Below, piece by piece: positions 12,420 to 25,357 of a stretch of DNA of 64,000 nucleotides. The notes under the pieces are model-generated. The model had not been told where the DNA came from, ran no database searches, and was given only the letters and a program-made list of their open reading frames with translations. Where the stretch lies: positions 15,564,001 to 15,628,000 of the forward strand of contig NC_045696.1 of assembly GCF_009834535.1 (NCBI RefSeq), read 5' to 3'. Source of the stretch: Camelus ferus (Eukaryota). How positions within the stretch are numbered: the stretch's first letter is position 1; every line of letters begins with the position of its first letter. Both the position numbers and the translations under genes were made by a program.

Positions 12420-13752
12420 ATGTGACCCAAGAGACAAGCTAACAGTCACTTTCCAGTCCTTGGTTTTCTTGCCCCATCAGGAAGAATTTGACAGATTTGA
12501 TCACTTACCCTGACCTTGAAAAGATGTCTTCACTTGGCTTCCGGGAAACCACACCCCTGATTTTCCTCTTACCTAATGGCTGTCCTTCTCTGCCTCCTTT
12601 CCCTCATCTTTAAAAGTTTTATCTTTCCTATTTGTATCTTCACTATCTCTCTTCCTGGTTTCATTCCATCTCCTGACTTTAAATACCACCACTGCATTGA
12701 GAACTCTCAAATTTCTATCTGCAGCTTGGAGCTTTCCTCTGAACTCCAGACTCCTATATTCAATTATCAACTAGACATTTCCTGTTGGATATCTAAAAGC
12801 ATTTCAGAAGACATCCCAAACCCTTATCTCCTTTCCTCTACCAGCAAATAATTAAACAATTTAAAAAATTTACATAAGTAAAAACAGTAACAAAGAAATA
12901 AGAACAATAAAAAATTGAAAGACCACTTCCTTTGCAGTCTTCTTTGTCTCCAGAGATTTTCCAAGCCCTTCATTTCCCAGGTCCTCTCTTTTCCTCACAC
13001 TCTACATCTGATCATCAGCCAACCCCAAGTTCTCTGCCCTTGAAGAGTTTCTAGTCCTCACCACAATTACAACTTTTACTGACACCATTCTGGTCTAAGC
13101 CACCATCATCTCTCACCAGCGATATTGCAATAGCCTCCCAATGGGTCTCCCTGCCCTACTCTGTACTCCTCCACCCCCGTCTATGCTGTTTTGAAATCAG
13201 AATGATCCTGTTAAAATATAAGTAGAACCCTGTCACTTCCTTGCTCAAAATCCTTTCGAATTTATTCAGAGTAAAAGCCAGTGTCTAACAAGGCTTGATC
13301 TGATTTGACCACCTTGCTCATTCCTCCTCTCATTTCATCTCCCATATTTTTCTCCTTACTCACTCAGCCACAGCCTTGGTTGCTGACCCTTAAACCTGCC
13401 AAGCACGCTGGACTTCCTCAGGTCCTTCATCCCTGCTTTTCCTTCTGTCTCCCCAAGATATCTGCATGGCTAACTCCTTCACCTTCTTTGGTTCTTTGCT
13501 TATGTGCCATCTTCTCAGTCATCTTGACTAACTTTACAAACTCCTCCTCCACATCCCCCTAAGAAGTGTTCTCTTCAGCACTCATTGCCATTAATGTATC
13601 ATATGGCTGAGCTATTTTAAAATGGGAGCTCCATGAAGGAATGTATTTTTTTACTCTTTTATTCACTACCATCCTCTAAATCCCTCCCTATCCCTATTGC
13701 CTGGTCCATGGACCTCAAAAATATTTATTGAATGTTGAAAAAGTAAATGAGT
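12420..13752 (+). mobile_element. L2 (L2a-like) 3' portion
   Basis: L2 motifs tttgacagatttgatcact, ctctgaactccagactc, ccaccatcatctctcacc...ttgcaatagcctcc, and terminal aaatatttattgaatg. Confidence 0.85.
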
Positions 13753-14664
13753 CAGGAAACAAGATTAGCACATACATACTCTTTCTGGCTAGAATGTATG
13801 ATTCACTCCCTCACATTTTTGCTTCTCGACCTCGTGAACAGGCTAGTGAGGAAAATGCCTAATTATAAGGCTATCCTTGTTTAAAGGCTAGGTGGTATCC
13901 AGACATGGATAACCAGATCTTGTAGTCTCTATCCCAGATCCTGCTAATGCCCTAAAGGGTTCTCTTAAGACAAGAGTCCTCTTGCACTGAAAGTAAGCAC
14001 AGTTCCACCTTAGCCACACCAGCAACAGAACATTGCTGAGAAAGAACATATCTTTATCTTGCATGTCCTTCCTACATAGCACTCTAAGCTCTGCACTGTC
14101 ATGCCCAATGGTGTACATTTTCTTTTCTCTGTCCATTTAATCTTTGATTCATGTAAGAAACCATCTTCCTCATTATATACTGGAATATATGTAAGCTGAT
14201 GTCAACAGGACTCTCACCAGAGTTCCTAAGTGAAGCAAGGGAAGTAGCAGGTGATGAACCTGGAATAGAAGAGGTGGAAAAGGGAATGGACATGTCAGTG
14301 TAAAAGACTTGGAAATAGAACGATTAAAATTCCATTGCTTTGCAACTCAAGGAATCGATTTCAAAATGAGATAATTTGAGAGTCTTTGTTACAGCCTTCA
14401 TTTTTCTGTAGTCTTAAAAATTAGTGTTGGACAAAAACCATCCCAGATGATCGAGTAATTCTTTTTATGCTCAGGCAAAATTTCTAACAGAAAGGAATAT
14501 AATTCTGATGTCCTTGGTCTCACCAGCCCTTGTCTGGAAAGTAAAATTGCTTCTTGACTTTATGCAATGAATGACTGAGAGATATGTATCCTAGAAGATT
14601 TGAGAAAGAACAAGATCAAGGGCTAAATAAAATGGCTGTGGTTTAAGTCTACTAAATTCTGGGA

Positions 14665-14900
14665 TTTTTTTTTTTAATTGAAGTATAGTCAGTTACAATG
14701 TGTCAATTTCTGGTGTACAGCACAATGTCCCAGTCATGCATATGCATACATATATGCATTTTCATATTCTTTTTCATTAAAGGATATTACAAGATATTGA
14801 ATATAATTCCCTGTGCTATCCAGAAGAAATTTGTGTTGTATCTATTTTTATACATAATGGTTAACATTTGCAAATCTCAAACTCCCAAATTTATCCCTTT
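14665..14900 (-). mobile_element. Lineage L1 3' end fragment
   Basis: Poly-T, then aattgaagtatagtcagttacaatgtgtcaatttctggtgtacagc...atttgcaaatctcaaactcccaaatttatccct. Similar to the copies at 32518 and 49300-49540. Confidence 0.85.
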
Positions 14901-15599
14901 GTAATGAAGAAAAGCTAACTGACTCAAGGATTGGGCCCCAGGTTGGTGTCTGCTAGTAGAGAGCTGATCACATGACACCAGGACACATGGAAGAAATAGT
15001 GACTGAAATTAGAAGTTTGAAGCCAAGGAGCTAATGAAGTGAGTAATAATTGCATCACACTAACGGGGACTAGGGCAAATTGGCCCCAGAAAACAAGAGA
15101 GAGCTACAAACAGATCCAGAGACTGGTTTGAGGAGGAAGCCAAGTAAGGAGTAGAAATGAAAACAGGATTAATCATGAGTCCATACTCATTAAAGTTACA
15201 TTATTTTTTACACATTGCTTAGTTTGAAATTCTCCATTAAAAAAAAAAAACAAAAAAAACCCCACAGTTAGAAAGCAAGCCAGAGAGCGAGGTTTGCAAA
15301 GTAAATCCCCCAAGTGACCACAGGTTTCCTCAAGGTACCAGGACTTTATACTCCTCCACCAGACAGTGTGGCTTGTTAGAAAGTGGAGGTTCCTATTACG
15401 GTCCATTTGTTCAGAATATTTCAAGACCTTTAGCAAACAATCCATTGAAGATACTATTCCCTTGTTAAAAAAAAATTCAAATAAAATGTTATAATAATGA
15501 ACTCGGTATCTTTCATCAAAACAAAAAAGAAAGTGTGGTTTTGGAGCTAAACCTCCATTTTTCCATCCTAAATACAGAGTGAAAGTGTGCAGGGATATG

Positions 15600-15985
15600 G
15601 ATGCGTATGAGGGTGTGTTGGAGGAATAGAGGTCAAGGAACCGATGTAAGAGTTGTTAGAGGAATCCAGGGTTGGATATGTATTTTCTGGGAAGACCCTC
15701 TTCTCCAGAGAGGTCTTTGGAGGGAAGAGAACTAAACTGTGAGGGTGAATAGGATTGTTGTGATGGTGAAAAAGACAGCCAAGAATTCTGAGGATCAATC
15801 CTTGCCTCATACCTCCCTTGAGGGAGTGGGAGAAAGATTCAGTGGCAATAAAAGGGATGAAGGTCAGTAGCTGAGAGGTAGGAGGGAACCTTGAGAGCTT
15901 GGTGTCCCAGGAGAGATTTCAGCTAGAGGAGGGCCCAGCCTAAATCACCGAGTAATGCTGCAGAGAGTTCAAGGGTGATCAGTGT
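15600..15985 (-). mobile_element. L2 remnant
   Basis: Purine-rich L2-antisense motifs gagaggtaggagggaacc and aatgctgcagagagttcaag. Confidence 0.5.
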
Positions 15986-18900
15986 CGGGGAGGGACAGTT
16001 ACAAGAGAACAACAAACAGTTTTCTTAGTAGCCCTGAACCTTATTCTGATGACCCAACACCTTTTTCACATGATTGTTCCAAAATTTTTATGCTTTTCCT
16101 GTGGTCTGAATCATTCATCAGCACTCCCAATGTCTGGCGAGGTCTACCAGTTTATCTAGTGAGAGCTTTCTCACCTGTGCATAATCACCAAGCCTGCTCT
16201 GAATGAGGAAGTCATTGGTCACTATGTAGAATTAAATTTCCAAATATTGCTATTCCAAAACAAATTCAAGAGAAATAGACGTCAAGGAACAGACTCAGCT
16301 TGACAGAAATACCAGAAAGAGAAAACTACCTAAAGAGAGTAAAATATTATTCTCTTTCAGTTGGAGTAGTTCCGATTGAGTGCCACGCCAAGCCACGTTG
16401 GAGCCTGAGACCAAAGGACAAATCAGGAAAACATTCTGATATTTTGTTCACCGTGGATTTTTGCACTGATTTTGATTTCTAAAGTTATTGCATGAAAATA
16501 CGATTTACCTAGATTACTGAATATTTTTTGTTGCCCCTTATATTTTGACCTCAAGGTGAAGGAGGCGCTGGTTGGGAATGAGAAAATTTGATGGCAGAGG
16601 AGAAAGCAACACACATACACTCAGAAACCAGCCTGAAAATACACACAAATGTGAATAAATGAAGCTGTTTGATCGTCTTCATGGCCTTAGGTACCAATAT
16701 TTATTATGTAATCCTGTTCACCTAGCCAATTAGTGACTGGTCTGATACTGGGCTTCAGAGACAAACGTTTAACAGGGTAACCATAGCCAGTGACATAATC
16801 TTTGACAAAATCCTCTGTCCAATTAGGTATGAATGACATCAGAGAGATTCCAATGCTCCCGTATCTGAATTAAGAACCCACAGAGAATTCAGTAGTTAGT
16901 CGCGGGTTTAGAGAATGAACAAATCCATAGAGATGAGTCATGGTTGTAAAGAAAAGACTGCAAACAAGCCTTAAAAACAAGTAAGCAGAAGCTTTGGGAA
17001 GAAAATATGCTCACGGTAGAAAAAGCTGAAGGAAAAAAAATTGAGTGGGCACATCAAGCTGATGGTGAGATTGCCGTGAACATTCAAGAGCCCGGCTTCG
17101 CAGGTCAATGGTGTGGCCTCGTAATGTCGTCCACTTCCTCTGCTCTCGTAGTATTGTGGGCTGCCTTGCTTTTCTTGAGCTAGCCTTCTTGAATCTCTGT
17201 TTCTAGTGTCAGAATCCTAAGTAAAGCTCCCAAAGCAAGGAAGAAGGAAAATGAAGGAAAGGGACAATGACAGAGACAGTTATAGCCTAGAAGATTTCCC
17301 AGGGAAAGACCTCAATCAGATAGCCAATGAGCGCTGGGCCCTGCTTAACGAGAAAGACGCCTTTACATCTGCAACATAAGGAAAACAAAGCCAAGGACAG
17401 TTTGAGTGCAAGAGAAAAGCTCAGGAGAGACTTTCCATTGGATGAAATCAGAGTCATCTACCGGCACTGGGGTTGGGAAGGGAACTTAAGGGGGACCTTG
17501 GATAGATTTAAGAATATTCTAGAAATACGTAAGAAATGAATAAAATCATTGATTTGCTACTCTGCATATTTTGGGGCAGCTTTTTTTTTTCTCGTAAGGA
17601 ATTAAATTTGTCATATAGACTTTCTGTGTTTTAATATCACATCATCTCCATTAGTACACGTGTTTATTTTGAACATAGGGTTTCAGTTCTTTTTTTTTTT
17701 TTTTCTGTCCAGCCAGACAACCCCAAAATAGGCAGACGTTTCCTTTCTTTATTTTCTTTCTCCCTCTTTCCTGTAGTCCAACGTGAGGGACTCTGATTAA
17801 ACAAACCCAGAGCCAAGTTCTGTTGTCAGTGATTTCCATGCCAAACCCTCCCGAGACGCTCATGCTCAGTTCCAGTTGCATCAATGCTGATTTCCACGGC
17901 AATTGTGCGTAAGAGCACGAGGGCAGGGGCTGACCCCGAAGTTCTGTGCAGCAGTAACTGACGGCCAACATTTGGCCCAAACTGAGTACATCTACTTGTA
18001 GCAGAGTAATTTGTTGATAATATCCTTCGCCAACTTGACTGCTAACGCGGAGGCAATTCAGGTTAGGAACAATTATGTAAATCATGGACCAAATACAAAT
18101 GTGAAACAAAATATAAACAAACATAACTGCTCCGACGACAAGCGTTAGCAGTCCACATTAGGGGACATGTGAAAAACAGCAGAAAAGATACAAAAATGAG
18201 TTTGTGCAGGATAGAAATGGATTTTCATTGGGGGGGAAAAATGAAAGAAGACTTGGGGATGATAGTTCAAAACTGTAGATAAATCCAGCCTGTGTACTAT
18301 CAAGTTTGCTAGCAATGTAAATAAATAATACACTAGTGGCTGAAATCAGTGTTAATAGGAGACCAGAAAATTTGAAGGCCAGGGAGGAAAGTCTATTTTT
18401 CTCATGATATTACTTCAGCCCAAGGAAGTGATCCAAGCGGCCCACCCTTTAAAAATAAAAGGCACAAATATTACACTCCTAGAATATTGCCTGTCAAGGG
18501 ATACCTTTTTGTAAAATTACCTGTCAAAGAGAATAATTAATAAGAAAGTAATGACAAAAATCAAAGCAAACTAAGATACGAGAGTCTGCCATGCAGAGAG
18601 ACTGAACTCTAAATTCATTAACGTCATAAGAGCCACACTTATCTCCTAAGAACACATCTCATTAACTTTATGTTTTGCTCTGAAATAACAAGTACATCCT
18701 AAGTAATTTATTGTTCCATTTGTTGTAGCAAAGCCAATAGAATAGTCTATTATATTTTTAAGATTATCTTTGTTATTTTTAGAATAAACTAAACAAGCAC
18801 TCACATCTCAAAAAGAAATCATTTTTGCAAAACAATGGATTAGCCATCCGTGTCTCATGTTAAATCGATAAAGATAAAAATAATATGGTAGATGTTTGCC

Positions 18901-21489
18901 TATTGCTGGATGTTTTTAAAGTAGGAAATATTAAAGACTGTCTAGGTTTTATTAATATTATAATGCAAACTTCTAAATTATAAAATATTGGACTTATGAC
19001 TTAAGTGTTACAAGATATTGGACTTAGGACATTTAATTAGGAAATTTACCCTTAAAAACAAATATGTGTTTTGTTTTCTATGAATGTTTTCTTAGTCCTG
19101 ACCTGAATTTTATTTTTTCTTCTCAACATGTAAAACACAATTTAGATACAACTGGGTATAAAGAAATCATAAGTCTTTAGTCTTCTTAATTTTTATTTAT
19201 TAGGACTTCTATAGACATTCTGTAAAGGAGAATTTTATAGAGAATAGAAAAGCTATCATTATATAGATGAATAATTATCTTGGATAAAAATTACTAAGAT
19301 TATTCTGGGTTGGTCCAGAGAGCAAAACGTGGTCCAAAGAGAAAAATGTAGTACTCAGTCCAGGGAAAAGCTTTACCAACTAGAAGTATTTTGTGAAGTA
19401 GGGAGATTCTGGAAGTGTTAGAGGCGAAGCCCTGTGGTCATTGTGTCAAAATGTTGAACAGGTGATTTCTGAAGCAATTTGACGTTTAAATGTTTCTTCA
19501 AACAGTAGAATTCTTTTTTTCATAGCCCTTGCATTCATTTTATTAAAGTATCCTATTATATTGAGAATGCTTATGTGCATTGTAGCAGTTGTCTGGTCAG
19601 TGTGTTCAGAGAGGTAAATTGCTACTCAAACCTTGATTATAATGATTTGATTCCAAATCTGATATCTATAAAATTGGCATAAAATGAATTATGCTTATAA
19701 AGGGAAAATCAGGTGGAATTATATTTGAAATTATAGGAAAATCTGTGGTGATTTCAGATGGAACTAGTGATGAAAAGCATTTTCAAATTTTAATTCAAGA
19801 TTTCATAATGTGTAAGGAAATTAAAAGAAATTGAGTTGTGAAATGGGTGGAGCCTAAGTTCTTTAGTTTAATTCTATTTTCCTTTAAAAGGAACTTAGAG
19901 AAATTGAACTCCATCCACTTTTAAGCTTCCTATGTATAAAATTCCAAACGTTAATATTTATTGTTTAGCATATAAAGTAGAATTCTGCAACTAAGTTTTC
20001 CTAAGAAAATATTCATAGAGTCATAAAAAATTGGCAGTTATGCCAGTGTCTGAGTTGCCTGAGTGGCTGTAATGGCATACATGAATCATCTAAATGGAAT
20101 TAATTTTTCTTTTTCTTTTCATACACGTAGTTTCTTTACATGTACACTCATTGTTATCATTCCAACATCTAATAAGCTCTGGGTCTGGACTCTGATGGTA
20201 AACTGGTGTGGTCTAATTTAACACGCTCATTTTGCAAATTAAAAAACAGAAATCTCAAAGACTGAGGAAAAGTTTCAAACACAGTTTTAAAACATGTGGT
20301 CTTTCAGGATTACAAATCGAATATTCTAGAAGTTGGAGAAAAACAAAAATCTCTGTGTAGACAGGGATAAAATTCCTGGGAAAGAAATCTGAATAGACCC
20401 ACTGAGGCTTGGGGAGCAAGCAAACAGCACACCCCATGGTCCCATGGTTCTCCAAGGGGCTTTCTGAACACTCGTCCCACTAACACTTGCTGTGTGTGGG
20501 AATTATCCTTTGAAAGCACCACCTGAACACGTCTCCATGTGTCAGTGGTTAGTGAGGTGAACCATAGTGCATGCTTGGCTAAGCATATCACATAGCTGAG
20601 ACGTATGTGTTCTGCGTTGGACTTCCCTAGTATAAGGTTATGTCTAAAAAGTTGAGTTCATTTATATTTGCTTTCTGGTTATTGAAGTTGTTATCTGAAT
20701 GTTGGCAGATAAACAGTTTTTCAGACTCCTCCCAAGCAAAAATTCCAAACCCTAAGTTCTGAAGGTGGAATATGGGCCCAAGTGAGGGCTTGGCCCGGAA
20801 GCAGTCAAGGAAAGAAGAGGGTTAAAAATAGCCACCATAAAGGCAAAGGAAAATACTAGAAGCAAAAGATGCTAAGAGTCTTTTCTTCTGATTTGTATCC
20901 GTCACAGTTCCAGTGTGGAAAAGTACATTTAATAATACTTTTTGGCAGTAGATCCAAGGAGAGAAGGACTTTGGAAAGAGATAGAACTGGGAAGACACAA
21001 ATCATCCAAAGGCAAGGACAAAGGAGAACGGAAGTGAATGATAAAAAGTGGGGTGAGAAGACGGACATGGTGCAGAGAGCCCCCTAACCTGGATCTGGAG
21101 TTTTCTTTCTGGCTTCGAGCTGGTGGAATAGAGAAGTTTGGACAAGATTTGGTCAAAGTTCTGGGTACAACAGGTCATTTCTCAAATAGCTATGCATTCT
21201 GCACTAACTCAGTTCGTACTATGTAGACTGTCATTTCAGTGACATTGATTTTGGCTTTGTGAGAATGTTTAGTTCTCCCTAGGTTCTTCCTCTCTTTTTA
21301 ATTCCAGGACCTGTTTAGAATCAGACATGTCTCTGTGGTACATTGCCGAGTTCATTGGGTCACTAGTGAAAGGTGAGTCCAAGGATGTGTGCTCAGTCCC
21401 GTAAGTTCTGGTTGTATGTGGGGGGCAGAAGAGTGCAGTGGGTGGGAGGAAATAGCTGGAGAAATAAGTTGATGTTCAAGTGGCTAGAT

Positions 21490-21660
21490 GACACTGACTC
21501 TGTGTCACTATGGATAGGTTACCCAACATCGGTTCTCAGTTTCCTAATCCACAAAAGGGAGAGAGAATGAAAGTACTCCGAGGATTTGCTACATTAACCC
21601 AAGCTAAGTATTTAAAACAGTGCTTGCATTAGCACATATTTCAAATGAGTGCTACTTAAT
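21490..21660 (+). mobile_element. MIR remnant
   Basis: Core-like ctctgtgtcactatggataggttacccaacatcggttctcagtttcctaatc. Confidence 0.55.
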
Positions 21661-21913
21661 AATCTTATCCTCTCAAGGTGGATAAAAGGTTACCTTCTCT
21701 CTCTGGAACTAAGCACTCTCTTGGCCCCAGGAGCTCTGCTAATGATCCTTCATGGGCCCTGTTGTACGCCTGAGGGTCTCCCTTTAACAATGGCTCTGAG
21801 TCTTGGATGTCCTGCAGGGTAGGAAATTGATGCAATCCAATAACAGGGTGCTTTCTTGAGGGTTACTGCTTCTGTGTCCTCCAGGGATTTGAACTAGAAG
21901 GAAGATTTACTAA

Positions 21914-21940
21914 AACAACAACAACAACAACAACAACAAC
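21914..21940. repeat. (AAC)9 microsatellite
   Basis: Read directly from the sequence. Confidence 0.95.
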
Positions 21941-22774
21941 AAAAAGAAACACATGTTTTATATACTCTTTACTTTGCACTCATCTCCAAAGGGACATTTT
22001 AACTTTCGATGATAAAACTTGATGGGTAGTGGTTCAGATTATGGCCAACTCACCCACAGTAATTCTAGATAAATAAAAATGTGTTTCCCCTACTCAGGCC
22101 TCTTACTGCACAACTCTTAGGATAAGGCATGACAGACAGAGCTAAAAACAAAGAAAGCAACCATAATAGGGTATGTCTATAATGCTTTAGATAAAATCCC
22201 ACTGAGTAAAGTTAAATTCATCTCTAAATTCAAGCGTATGTTCTTCAGATTTATTAGAATCTTTTTGAGAACGTCTCCATGATTCATAGGGAATATTTTC
22301 GTAGGCATTTTTTTTCTGACAGGCCCAGGCTTCTTACAGCCTGCCTTGAAAAGGAAGTTTCCTGAGCACTGTTTTCTATAAATTCTCTTCAGAATTTTCC
22401 TACAGAGAAAATTCCCTAAGACAATGTTTTCTGTGAATAAAATCGTACTCTGTCTGCCAAGAATCATCATTTTGGAAAGAAAATAAAATCTTAGCAACAA
22501 TCTTCTAAGTCTTGGAATCTGAGGAGACATTCTAGTTTGTACAGTAGTCAGGATAACATATTTAAGTGTCTTTGTTCTATTTATGGCTTGTGATTGTAGT
22601 ATTAAATAATATTGTTTTGAAGATTATGAAGTTATTTGGGAGGTAGCATTTTTAAAAGTTTTTCAAGTTTCAAAAGATCCAAATACATTCTAAAAAAAAT
22701 GTGTGTGTGTGTATGTATCCATGTGTTGGCATTTGAAGTATATTTAAGTATATGGACTATTTTAAATCAGCCTT

Positions 22775-22990
22775 GGTCTTTTGAGTCAGATTGAGCTGAA
22801 TTTCAATGCTGACCCTACTACTCATTATCAGTGTGTTTGATTAAGCCACTAAACTTCTGTAAGTCTTAGTTTTTTTCATCTGCAAAATGGTACCTCTAAA
22901 AGTTGATTTATGGTTGACATATATGATAAAATATATAAAGTCTTCTATGTAGTGCTTTTCCTATACTAAGTACTCAAATGTATGCTAGCT
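22775..22990 (+). mobile_element. MIR remnant
   Basis: ttttgagtcagattgagctgaatttc...aaacttctgtaagtcttagttttttttcatctgcaaaatgg...taagtactcaaatg. Confidence 0.7.
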
Positions 22991-24331
22991 ATTTATTTAT
23001 TTTTAAATAATTACTTCAAAGAAAATCAGAAGAATACTATCTTTTGGACAATCTTAACAAAGAATATTGTCAATTTAGACGACACGAAGATTTCATCCTT
23101 TAAACTTATTGAGGTCTTAACTGTGAATAGACCAGTTTGGGTTAAATACAAATACCTTTTCAATTGTGGGTCTTTCCTTTGGGTATTAAGTTATACATTT
23201 ATGGTGTTTCAAAACAGCATGGATGACTTTCTAACAAAAATTCACCCCCAAATTTCAACCTTTAAAAATATTCTGAGCACTTCTTTATTTAAAGGAATGA
23301 TGCTCTATTCAAAACCATTCTATCAGGCATGAAATTGTTGAATTAGCTTTAAAAGTCAGGCCAAATGAATGCGGGAAGAAGGTAATCAGAGAGAACAGTT
23401 CATTAGCGCATGAAAAAGAGCAGTTAGTGTTGTCATGTCTGGGCCGAGACAAAATTGGTCAGATTGTCCTGCCAAGGAAATGTCGTGGGGAGGAATTATA
23501 CTGTCCGGGAAAGAGTCCTAAGAGGAATGTTCCTTTAAAGTCCACGCTAAAATCTGCTATTTTGGGTATTAAGACCGTGCTCCACTAAAATGAAACTGTA
23601 ACAGCTGTGACATTTTACCGATAAAAGCCATAAAGCTCTCCTACCAGTGACATGCTCTGATTGGATCGTAAGCAGCCTGAAAATATCCAGGGGAATGAGT
23701 GTTAGGCATCAATTATTTCTAATTCCCACGTTATTAGTCTCCCCCTAACCTAAAAATTGGGATCTGGGTTGGATTGCTCTGAAGTTTTCCCTGAAGCATT
23801 CTCACCAGCTGCCCAAGGAGCCCTGGATAAGCTGCTGGAAAGTTACAGAACTGGACTCCCCGAGATGGGGTGGGTCTCAGATCTGGCTGCTCTTTAGTGG
23901 ACTGAGTCCAGTTGAGTTTGAAACCTCTTGGGTGTGACAGTGGCTGCACGTCATCAGTGGGATACAGACTTTGAGTCTGTGGAGCTGGAGTTGATGGAGA
24001 GCCATTCTGCACTGCCTAAGGTGTCATCTCCCATACCCCTGACAAATAACAGCTGTCCTATTGCAAACCTGCACATTAAGGGTGAAGAAAGACATGAAAA
24101 GACCCAAACGGTTGATCCAACGCATTCAGCTTTGTGAGAGATACCATAGTTGTCTCTCAACTGAGGTTTGAGAATTAGCTTTTGGGAAGTGACAATCGTG
24201 GTATCCAGAGGCGACTGAGAGGGCATTGTGACAGAAGCTCATGGTAGAATAGGACAGAACTGCAGGAGTGGCACGGGGCAAGTCCTAAGCTTCTCACAAC
24301 CTTCTAAGACACAGTATAGGAGTTTGGGAAG

Positions 24332-25357
24332 TGTGGAAGATTGATTGCTTTCATGAGCCCGGTTGAAGACTTTCTGTGTCCTTTGTGATGAAGCACTGCA
24401 GTCATTCTGTAAAGAAATGGAGTCTGTATTCTCTCCACTGGAATCTTGGGACTCTCTGGTCGGTACACTGTGTCAAAAGTAAGCGTGTGCCAATTCCTGG
24501 CCTAGCCTTCAAGAGCCCTTTTGAGTTTCCAGTTGTCTTCTTGGAACTTAAACCTTAGCTGGAGAAAAAGCCTGGGGTCGTATCCAGAAAAAAAATTAAC
24601 CTAGGACGCCTGAGACTTCTATCCTTGGAAAGACCTGCTTGCAAGATGGACCTGAGCTGGCATCTGAAAACTTGGATTTCTCAAATGCTCCCCACCAGCC
24701 TAACTGGTAAGAGTGGCTCACTGTGCCTAAAATGTTTGTGCAAGCAATATGGTTTCTGCTGAACACCTGCTTTTGTTCTGAGGGCCTGGAATTTTGGCAC
24801 ATGCCAGGCAGAGGGAGCTTACATGACCTCATACAAACCCTGGCCATGGAGGCTCTAATGAAATTTCCTGGTAGACAACATTTCAGATGCGCCACCACAA
24901 TTCATTGCCGGAAGAGTCAGGAGCAGCCTAGGAGACTCTGCTAAAAGAAGGCGCTTGGAAGCTTGTGTCTGGTTTCCTCAGGAATTCACCCCGAGTATCT
25001 TTGCTTTTGTATCCTTTGTTTGTCACAAATTACAGCCACGAGTTTGGCTACATGCTGAGTCCTGCGGCTCCTCCTGGAGAATCATGGACTCTGAAGAGTG
25101 GTCCTGGGAACCACTGACATGGGTGGCTGACAGTCAGCTGACTGCCAGATATTGAGTGAATCCCAGATGAACACCCAGAGGTGGGAACGCTTTTAGATTT
25201 GTTTGCTGTTTAAGGTAAGAGTCTAGTGTGAGCCAGTCAAGCCTGGCAAAGATCAGTAGACCCCACCAGCCAACTTGCAACCTTGTGAGAAATAATAAAT
25301 GTTGTTTTAAGACACTGAGTTTCAGGATCATTTGTTATTTAGCAGTAACTAACTGCT
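24332..25357 (+). mobile_element. MaLR LTR (MLT1F/G/H-like), interrupted at 24579-25119
   Basis: atggagtctgtattctctccac...ccaattcctggcctagccttcaagag; 3' end aataaatgttgttttaagacactgagttt...tttgttatttagcagta. Confidence 0.7.
24579..25119 (+). mobile_element. Solo LTR, MER68/MER21-group-like, nested in MLT1
   Basis: ggaaagacctgcttgcaag...aagagtggctcactgtgcctaaa...ggtagacaacatttca...gggaaccactgaca. Probable 5-bp TSD ggggt/tgggt (24574-24578 / 25120-25124). Confidence 0.75.

Noticed and set aside
17651..18124. Longest ORF in the track (157 aa, minus strand)
   Set aside because: No recognisable domain; it runs through a poly-A tract (KKKKKE) and its length is compatible with chance in 64 kb.
23729..24233. 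Possible ancient ~500-bp LTR ending tgtgaca
   Set aside because: No intact 5' TG, no TSD and no family I can name; needs a Dfam search.
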